DNA of 64,000 nucleotides from a virus: IMG/VR virus record IMGVR_UViG_3300042896_000283, positions 49,095 to 113,094 of that record; one strand, 5' to 3'. Shown piece by piece: positions 56,908 to 64,000 of this stretch (position 1 is its first letter; each line of letters starts with the position of its first letter). The notes under the pieces were generated by a model. It saw only the letters and a program-made list of their open reading frames with translations, ran no database searches and was not told where the DNA came from. The position numbers and the translations under genes were made by a program.

Positions 56908-58470
56908 TTAGAATTGTGGCATTTCCTCAATCAACACAGTTCTAGACAAATCTTCAATAAATACATCACATCTGTCTTTCATCCAGATTTCGTATCCTGG
57001 GAATTTGTTAGCACTTGACATACCTTGAGATTTAGCAAAACCTAAGTGATGACGAGTTCCATCAATATAACCCCAAGTCATAGAAGGAGCACCTTTCATA
57101 CGTACTTCTCTAATGTTATTTACCATTGAACCATCAGACATTGGAGAAACATCAAACACCATAAATACAGGAGTAGATTTTTTGTTTTGTCCAAACTCTA
57201 AGTTAGATTGTGGTAAATCTAATTCTTTTAAGTGAATCAATTCAACTCTACCAGTCTCACGAGTTACCATTGCATCAAATGCAAAGTTGTAAGTGATATG
57301 TTGTCCTTCACCTTGCATATATCTGTTTCCAGAATCAGCCATGAAAGTAAGACCTGAATTCAATGCATCTGTTTTCAAAGCTTGTTGGAATACATCGAAT
57401 CCAGCTTCATTAGTATACATTTTTACACTTCTATCTTTCACATCCACTCTTCTGTAGAATAAATCTCCAAATACAGAACGGATTAAGTTAGCAGAGAATT
57501 CACCTCTGTTATATTGTACCAAGTTACCATTGTTACGCATTCTGTGGTATACACCAGCAGATGTTCTTTTCAATTCTTGTTTAGAACCTCCAGATTTAAC
57601 TGTACCTGGTTTAGCCCAGATCATACGTTTAACTTTCAATTCAATCATAGATTTACGCATCCAGAATTCGATGAACGGTTCCCATTTAACATCATTACGA
57701 GTTAAAGGTAATTGGTTACGTCTTTGTGGAGCATATACCAAGATATCTAATGGTTTACCAGAAGCATCTCTCATCATTTTGTCATCAGCCCATTCAGTGA
57801 TTTTGTGCTCATAACCATATGCAGAACCTAAAGATTCAAACATTGTGATTTGCTCACCTAATCTCGGAAGACCTAATAAATCTTGATCAAATTCACCAAT
57901 AGCAGCATCAACTAATTCTAGTTCAACACCATATTGTAAAAAGATAGGATTTACAAAATCAACTTGTGGGTTATCAGTTACTAATGTAAATGAATATAAG
58001 TAACCAGCATTCCAAGGCAATGGATCTTTGATCACGTAGAAACGTGGACCATATTGACGTGTACCTACAGAGATGATAGCATTTTTAGAAAACTCATTAG
58101 TATCTAATACTAATTGGAATTCTTGACCATCGATACCTGTTTTACCTGACACAATTAAATCTTGTGTAGTAGAAGGGATGTCAATAATTTTTGGGAACTT
58201 GTAAGGAACTGCTACTTGCCATTTCCATGCATCACTATTATTATCAATGTAATAAGGTGTGCTTTTGTTAATCATGTCTAAAAAGTCATTACTATACAAT
58301 GAGCTCTGTGTATAAAGACTGATGATTTTTTTATCATAGTCTGCAGGCTCAGTGCTGTGAAAACTTTCCAAGTGATTTGAGTCTGTTAGCTTTCCTACTG
58401 CACGCTTGTCCATAGACGCAACACGAGCATAAGTAAAACCTGTTAACCCAGGGATTGTTTGAACTGCCAT
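56908..58470 (-). CDS. major capsid protein
   Basis: 520 aa, in terL-portal-scaffold-MCP order; crAss-like profile; followed by structured RNA. Confidence 0.85.
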   Translation of the reverse strand: MAVQTIPGLTGFTYARVASMDKRAVGKLTDSNHLESFHSTEPADYDKKIISLYTQSSLYSNDFLDMINKSTPYYIDNNSDAWKWQVAVPYKFPKIIDIPSTTQDLIVSGKTGIDGQEFQLVLDTNEFSKNAIISVGTRQYGPRFYVIKDPLPWNAGYLYSFTLVTDNPQVDFVNPIFLQYGVELELVDAAIGEFDQDLLGLPRLGEQITMFESLGSAYGYEHKITEWADDKMMRDASGKPLDILVYAPQRRNQLPLTRNDVKWEPFIEFWMRKSMIELKVKRMIWAKPGTVKSGGSKQELKRTSAGVYHRMRNNGNLVQYNRGEFSANLIRSVFGDLFYRRVDVKDRSVKMYTNEAGFDVFQQALKTDALNSGLTFMADSGNRYMQGEGQHITYNFAFDAMVTRETGRVELIHLKELDLPQSNLEFGQNKKSTPVFMVFDVSPMSDGSMVNNIREVRMKGAPSMTWGYIDGTRHHLGFAKSQGMSSANKFPGYEIWMKDRCDVFIEDLSRTVLIEEMPQF

Positions 58471-58500
58471 TTTATTTGAATTTATTAATTATTAATATGT

Positions 58501-59766
58501 TTATTGAAACCATGATTTTGCATTAACACCACCAGTAGCTCCAGCTGATTTAGCTTTTGTTACTTGTCTTGCAACTTCTCCAAACAGTTCGTTAGATTTC
58601 TTTGTAACGCCTGTTCTTTGTATGGTTGATAATGTAGGATCTTTTTCTAACATTTTTAAAAGAAGTCCAATCTTAACTTTTTGTGCATGATTCTCTGGTC
58701 TTTTTAAATCCAAGATAGCACGATCAAAATCAGTTAAGGTTTCTCCTGTTGGAGTTTTCCACTTATCAACTAATAAGAAGTCTTGTAGTTCTGATGCTAA
58801 TTTTGGATTGATTGGAATACCATCAAACTCTTTTGCTTTCACCTTATCTTGTAAGATGGTTTGCACATTATTTATATATTGATTTCTGACTTGAGCTTTT
58901 TGTTGTAACTCAGATTCAGATTTAGCTTCTAAGTCTTGTAACTTAGCTGCTTCTTTTTTAACTAACACTTTATGATTTCTAGCAGCAACGCTTTCTAGAT
59001 CACCATAGTTTTTAAGTCTTTCAATTTCTGTTTCTACATCTTCTAATTCAAATCCTTGATTGCTTAAAGCTTCTCTCATGATTTTTATTTGATTAGTTTC
59101 ATTAGAAAGATCCATTTCTGCAAATCCAACAACATTATTATATGTAGTGAAGTAATCTTTTGGATTAACTCCTTTTACAAATATGGCATCAAAAGCTTCT
59201 TGATAGTCTTCTCCAAATTGTCCAATGAAGTTTTGTACTATTTCACTAGCACCTTTTTTCTTTTCTTCATTAAATCTTTCTAGAAATTCTTCTGCAGTGG
59301 TTACAGGTCCTTGATCTTCATCATCCTCAGATGTAAATACACCTAGTTTATAAAGATCATTTGCAAGAGCAGTGAATTGTGTTCCTTCTGGAGCATCATC
59401 ATCACCATCTGTATCTTCTGTAGAATCATCTGTTTTAGCACTAGGAGTTTTTGCTGGTGCTGGTGTGTCATCATCATCATCATCACTATCACTAAAGAAA
59501 TCAGCAATTAATGATTGCCCTTCTGCTTTCTCCTCATCTGTTTTACCATCAACACTTTTAGGAGGAACTATATCCTTACCTTTAGGAGTTGCTGGTGTAG
59601 CAGGTGCACTAGGAGCATCAGCGTCTTTAATAATTGGAGTGACATCTTCTGGATTGCTAGAAGCAGTCTCAGGTTCAAATAACCCTTGAAGTAATTCTTG
59701 ATTACCCATTCCCATTTCCATAGTATCCTGGATACTAAAGTTGCTTATATCTAAATTATCAGCCAT
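58501..59766 (-). CDS. scaffold-like acidic protein
   Basis: Acidic disordered N-terminus, helical C-terminus, between portal and MCP. Confidence 0.65.
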   Translation of the reverse strand: MADNLDISNFSIQDTMEMGMGNQELLQGLFEPETASSNPEDVTPIIKDADAPSAPATPATPKGKDIVPPKSVDGKTDEEKAEGQSLIADFFSDSDDDDDDTPAPAKTPSAKTDDSTEDTDGDDDAPEGTQFTALANDLYKLGVFTSEDDEDQGPVTTAEEFLERFNEEKKKGASEIVQNFIGQFGEDYQEAFDAIFVKGVNPKDYFTTYNNVVGFAEMDLSNETNQIKIMREALSNQGFELEDVETEIERLKNYGDLESVAARNHKVLVKKEAAKLQDLEAKSESELQQKAQVRNQYINNVQTILQDKVKAKEFDGIPINPKLASELQDFLLVDKWKTPTGETLTDFDRAILDLKRPENHAQKVKIGLLLKMLEKDPTLSTIQRTGVTKKSNELFGEVARQVTKAKSAGATGGVNAKSWFQ

Positions 59767-59798
59767 ATGTAGTTGTATTTGCGTTTGGTTTATTTATG

Positions 59799-59871
59799 TA
59801 AAAGTATAATAAGAGTTTCTAATATCAAAGTGTTATGTATCAATGTGATCCAATTTTCTTGATAATATAGC
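59799..59871 (-). promoter_or_regulatory. promoter for the scaffold-MCP operon (-7 TACTTTTA, -33 TTTG, ATAATATAGC box)
   Basis: -7 at 59799..59806, CAAA at 59826..59829, box at 59862..59871. Confidence 0.5.
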
Positions 59872-59885
59872 ATTAATATAAAATC

Positions 59886-59901
59886 CTCCTCCGAAGAGGA
59901 G
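59886..59901 (-). terminator. cUUCGg tetraloop hairpin after the portal gene
   Basis: CTCCTC-TTCG-GAGGAG followed by GATTTT on the minus strand. Confidence 0.6.
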
Positions 59902-59908
59902 AAGTTTT

Positions 59909-62494
59909 CTAACCTTTTTTGTTATTACGTCCTTTAGCATTCTCTTTAGCAACAGCTAAATCATTTGCCATATTCTCTCTAGTTACTTGAAGTTTCTCTT
60001 TCTCTATAGACATTTTATCAGATGCTTGTTTATTCTTAGATTGAATATCAGCCATCTTTAATCCGTAATCTTTTGCAGCTTTATCTTGGTCATGAGCTAA
60101 TCTATTCATTTCCATTACATCAGGAACAGAATTTTGATTAACATCTTCTGCTTCAACTTTACCAAATCCTGTAGCTTGAATAATAGCAATCTTCTCTTTA
60201 GATAATCTATCAAGTTCTTTTTGGTAATCATCATGTGCTTGTTGCTCTGCATGTTGCTGAGCAGCTTGTTGTAATTCAGCTTGTGCAATTTGACCTTGTT
60301 GTTCAACTTTCTGTTGCTCAAGTTGTTGAGCTTGTTGTTGTTGAGCAACTTGTTTATCTCTAAGATCTTTGAATATTTTTTTCATCTCTCTCATAGACTT
60401 AGTAGAATATAATTCTATTACATCATAAAGTGTGCCACCATTCTGAATAAGAGCTTGAGAAAGTTGTCTAAGTTCATTAAACATTTGTGTATCTTCTGGT
60501 CTATTAGTTAAGAACACTTTTAAATCACGAAATGAAAGATCAGTTCCATTCACTTGTACAAATGCAGATTGTCCTTCATTTGTAATATATGAAAGTGTAC
60601 TTTGGGGTTTTGATGATTCTACATAAAGAGCAGCATCTATAATACTTTGATACAGTTGTCCAAGCACGTACTCATGAGCCACAAATAAAGGCTCTGTTTG
60701 AGAGTAACTCTGCTGCATCGCAGTATTAGTACCTGTTGCACTTTCAGAGGCAGAAACAGACCCCATACGTTGTTTAGACATACCTACAAGTTCCCAGCAT
60801 TCAAGTTTAACTTGTTGAGCTAATGTATATCTAGATTGTATCTCTTGTGTACGTGTAAGATCAAGAGCTGTAAATTGATTAAATGAACTAGGAGATTTTA
60901 AATTCTCAGGGCTATCATCAATAAATACTACTCCTCTATTACGTGCTTCCATTTCCCATATATCAAGAGCATCCTGTGCATCTCCATCTTTAGGAATAGG
61001 AATATGTCTTAATGACATTAATTGAACCTTACCAACTTCTTTCTCAAGTAGTTTGTATAATTGGTTCATACATACATTATAAATTACTTGGAAAGGTTTC
61101 ATTAAATCAACAAGAGACTTAGCCTCTGTATTCTTCACCTCATATGTTGTTCCTATAATAGGACAATAGTTTAATAATTTAAATGGTTTGATATGATAAA
61201 TATCTGGACCAATCTTTGTTCCTTGATACCATTCATTAATCCATCCCCATTCTAATGATTGTTGTGTAGGTAAAGATCCAGATTTATAATTTTCATCAAC
61301 AAGTGTTGATTGTTCATTACCCATATCATCTAAATAAATCAACTTACCAATTTTCTTTTTAGATATCCAATAACTTCTTACAACAACATATTTATATCCA
61401 AATGAACTAACATTATTAGTTAGTCCTAGGAAATCTTTTAAACCATCATTATTCTCTTTCATCTCTGATTCAATGATCATTCTTGTCTGTAGAACAAGTG
61501 GATCAAATGTATCATACATTACAGAGTCTTGTCCTGCAACAGCATCTGGATTACCAAGGTTTGATTCACGTACATTAATCAATCCATAATCTTGTAGAGA
61601 AGAACGTAAGTGATCTATTTCTTCTTTTGTAAGATCAGGAATAGATTCAATAATTTCAGATAATTCCATAACTTGCACAGTACCAGCAGCATATGCTCCT
61701 TGTGCTCTACCTGTAGGATCTGAAATATATTTTCTATCTGGTGTACTTAAGAACCAAGTATTCTTTGGGTTAGCCACCTCAACATTAAATCCAAGTTTTG
61801 AGTTATCTTCATATACATGATAGAATTCTCTAGCAGATATTAAAAGATCTCTAAATGCATCTTCTGATTTTTCTTTTAAATTAAACTCAGCTTTTTGACA
61901 TGTAAGAATATGGTTTCCCCATTTCTCTGCAATAGATGTATAGCTATCTAACTGATCTTTAACTTGTTCCATTGTTATTTGCTCCAATTGATCATCAGGA
62001 ATCTCAAGTCCTTCCATTGCAGCTTTCTCAATTATTTGTTGTTTAGCTTGAGTAATAACATATTTTTGAAGAGTATCAGTTTTGAATTGAAGTTCTTCAG
62101 CTTTACTATCATCATCAAATGCCTTCACTCTAAATGTATCTGGACGTTTAGATATCTCTCCTACTAATTCATTAACAGGAGTAGTAATAATTGAATACAT
62201 TTTTACATAAGCAGGAAGTTCTAGATCTCCTGTAAGTACATCTGTAAAGCTTCTCACCTCTGGTTCTTGATAGAAATCTTCCATACGAAGGATCCCTTTC
62301 ATAAGATCGTAATTAGGAACAAAGGTGTCTCTGTTCTTTATATACTCAGCATATGCTTTATTGGAAAAATAATCCATTGTATTCTTAATCCAACTCTCAT
62401 CTTGTTTTTCCTTATCTGTCTTGAATTGATCAGGAAAGATGTTTAAGTATGCATACCTAATAGTAGCATCTTTTGTATATCTAATTATTGCCAT
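59909..62494 (-). CDS. portal protein
   Basis: 861 aa after terL; W.WINEW..G.KIG, SLVDLMKPFQ..YN, Q-rich coiled-coil C-terminus. Confidence 0.9.
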   Translation of the reverse strand: MAIIRYTKDATIRYAYLNIFPDQFKTDKEKQDESWIKNTMDYFSNKAYAEYIKNRDTFVPNYDLMKGILRMEDFYQEPEVRSFTDVLTGDLELPAYVKMYSIITTPVNELVGEISKRPDTFRVKAFDDDSKAEELQFKTDTLQKYVITQAKQQIIEKAAMEGLEIPDDQLEQITMEQVKDQLDSYTSIAEKWGNHILTCQKAEFNLKEKSEDAFRDLLISAREFYHVYEDNSKLGFNVEVANPKNTWFLSTPDRKYISDPTGRAQGAYAAGTVQVMELSEIIESIPDLTKEEIDHLRSSLQDYGLINVRESNLGNPDAVAGQDSVMYDTFDPLVLQTRMIIESEMKENNDGLKDFLGLTNNVSSFGYKYVVVRSYWISKKKIGKLIYLDDMGNEQSTLVDENYKSGSLPTQQSLEWGWINEWYQGTKIGPDIYHIKPFKLLNYCPIIGTTYEVKNTEAKSLVDLMKPFQVIYNVCMNQLYKLLEKEVGKVQLMSLRHIPIPKDGDAQDALDIWEMEARNRGVVFIDDSPENLKSPSSFNQFTALDLTRTQEIQSRYTLAQQVKLECWELVGMSKQRMGSVSASESATGTNTAMQQSYSQTEPLFVAHEYVLGQLYQSIIDAALYVESSKPQSTLSYITNEGQSAFVQVNGTDLSFRDLKVFLTNRPEDTQMFNELRQLSQALIQNGGTLYDVIELYSTKSMREMKKIFKDLRDKQVAQQQQAQQLEQQKVEQQGQIAQAELQQAAQQHAEQQAHDDYQKELDRLSKEKIAIIQATGFGKVEAEDVNQNSVPDVMEMNRLAHDQDKAAKDYGLKMADIQSKNKQASDKMSIEKEKLQVTRENMANDLAVAKENAKGRNNKKG

Positions 62495-62495
62495 G

Positions 62496-64000
62496 TTATC
62501 TAAACATTTTATTTTTTGGTGTGTTAAACATTGATCTGCTTTCTGTAAACAGAGTATTCTTTTTATTCTTTTTGAACATTGATTGTATTCTTACATCTTG
62601 CTCTCCTCCTATTTTTCCCATAATGGGATCTAGTTTCATTGCTAAAGCTATTGCTAACTCAGCAGCAATGATTCTATCAAAGTTACCTGATTCATTATAC
62701 TGAATCATCTCTTCAAGTAGAACAGGATCAAATATCTTGGCCATACCTTTTATCTCTGATATAATATTACCATCAGCATCTTTCTCTGTATGTACCACTT
62801 CTTCTGTATATTTCTTAAGACATCCATGTAAGAAGTCTCTAATCTTTTCAGAAGATCTATGTATTCCGTAATCCCTTCTTACTGTGGTATTTGGAACTAT
62901 TTCTTTTAACCAATCTGGTTGTCTCTCTAAGTAATGAGCATCTCCTTTAGCTATCATATAGTCAATAAAGCTGATCTCATCATTCTCACATAGAGCTCTA
63001 GCATTATAATACTTGATAAGGTAACGAGCTTGCTCTTCCCATGTTTCTTTCTTCTCTGGCCTAGCACAATAACTAGCAACAAACATATCTTGATACTTCT
63101 CTCCTGATATAGCATGCATACGTTTGTATATATACACAGATCCTAATGAACTTGAGTATGCAGACTTACCTTGTCTATAAGGGTCAATCCCTGCAACATA
63201 TAATCCATATGGAGGACTTTCAATAGGAAACTCATATATCACTACAGGAGCTTCTTTATTATCACTATTCTTAAGAGGGAAGTTTGATATAGGCACCTTA
63301 TCTGTAAACTCATGTTTCACTCCTTGGCCATCATCATATAAAATAACAGGTGTTCCTGTTCTTTCTTGTGCTAATAGTCTGGTCTTCTGACGTTTAGATG
63401 CTTCAATATCAAATATATTTGTATCCTCATTTAAGAATATATCATCCACCTCTTGTGGGTAATACATCTTCTCTTTCAAATAAGCTAGTCTATCACCAGC
63501 TTTCTTTAATCTATCAAGGTTATCGTTTGTAATCTTATCAGCTTTCTCTTCATTAGAGACTAACATCTTTACATTATGTAACTCTGATTCTGCTGGTTGC
63601 TCTAAGAATGCTCCAAGTGTAGAATCTTCTTTAGCTTCCATTCTATATTTATGGGAAATAAATAGTCCATGGATTCTTTGATCATCCTTCTTACTATTGT
63701 ATTCTAGGAAGTTAAAGTTTTGTACATCAAACATTAAGCTCTTTGCATCCATGAAGTTCTGCATATCTCCACCTGTACCAGTTAGAATTGGAGAACATCC
63801 CCAACCAAATGGTGTGGTGAAACCTGGTGTTGCAGCTTGAAGACCACGTAAGAAGTTACCCTTACCTATCTCATCAATAATAAGTCTTCTTGGCTTTGTA
63901 CCTGCAATAGCTTCTTCATTATTACCACCATCTAAGTTACGAATAAGGATCTGAGAAAAGGGGATTCTCTCTCCTGCTTTTGTCTTGATCCCTAATGTAA
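62496..64000 (-). CDS. terL: terminase large subunit (5' end outside window)
   Basis: Frame stays open to the window edge; Walker B LIIDEIG and TGTGG lie upstream of the called Met; nuclease YVAGIDPY and GNFDR. Confidence 0.92.
   Translation of the reverse strand, partial: TLGIKTKAGERIPFSQILIRNLDGGNNEEAIAGTKPRRLIIDEIGKGNFLRGLQAATPGFTTPFGWGCSPILTGTGGDMQNFMDAKSLMFDVQNFNFLEYNSKKDDQRIHGLFISHKYRMEAKEDSTLGAFLEQPAESELHNVKMLVSNEEKADKITNDNLDRLKKAGDRLAYLKEKMYYPQEVDDIFLNEDTNIFDIEASKRQKTRLLAQERTGTPVILYDDGQGVKHEFTDKVPISNFPLKNSDNKEAPVVIYEFPIESPPYGLYVAGIDPYRQGKSAYSSSLGSVYIYKRMHAISGEKYQDMFVASYCARPEKKETWEEQARYLIKYYNARALCENDEISFIDYMIAKGDAHYLERQPDWLKEIVPNTTVRRDYGIHRSSEKIRDFLHGCLKKYTEEVVHTEKDADGNIISEIKGMAKIFDPVLLEEMIQYNESGNFDRIIAAELAIALAMKLDPIMGKIGGEQDVRIQSMFKKNKKNTLFTESRSMFNTPKNKMFR

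Noticed and set aside
60200-60350. Gln-rich repeat in the portal and alternative-frame ORF 60115..60348
   Set aside because: Ordinary coiled-coil portal barrel; the second ORF is a low-complexity frame shadow
1-64000. Stop-codon reassignment as in some crAss-like phages
   Set aside because: Long genes are intact in the standard code and TAG ends genes such as the portal and the 1574-aa protein at sensible boundaries

Overview
AT-rich window from a tailed dsDNA phage of the crAss-like type (Crassvirales or a close relative). The host is probably Bacteroidota, judging from TAnnTTTG -7 promoter elements and the lack of Shine-Dalgarno sites. All credible genes are on the minus strand. Reading right to left: terminase large subunit (5'-truncated), portal, scaffold-like protein, major capsid protein, a hairpin-rich intergenic region with an initiator-like tRNA-Met, conserved head/tail genes, Cys-rich fibre/appendage genes, a metallophosphoesterase, IHF-like, HNH and tail-ring genes, a split muzzle (tail stabilization) protein, cargo proteins including a 4343-aa virion RNA polymerase (DFDID motif, two zincin motifs, C-terminal AlkB-like domain), a fibre gene followed by a sulfation/glycosylation island (sulfotransferase, GT9-like enzyme, APS kinase, HxGH nucleotidyltransferase, DUF2061-like), a lysis cassette, more fibres, and a glycosyltransferase resembling plant peptide O-glycosyltransferases (GT95 HPAT / GT96 SGT1). 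The main observation is a fixed-length threonine tag in ten probable virion-associated proteins: 12 runs of exactly 7 Thr with mixed codons, plus a few T8 and T6-S variants. Together with the GT95/96-like enzyme and the PAPS/sulfotransferase island, this suggests a phage-encoded, mucin-like and possibly sulfated O-glycosylation system for the virion surface. All family calls come from motif recognition by eye; no searches were run.
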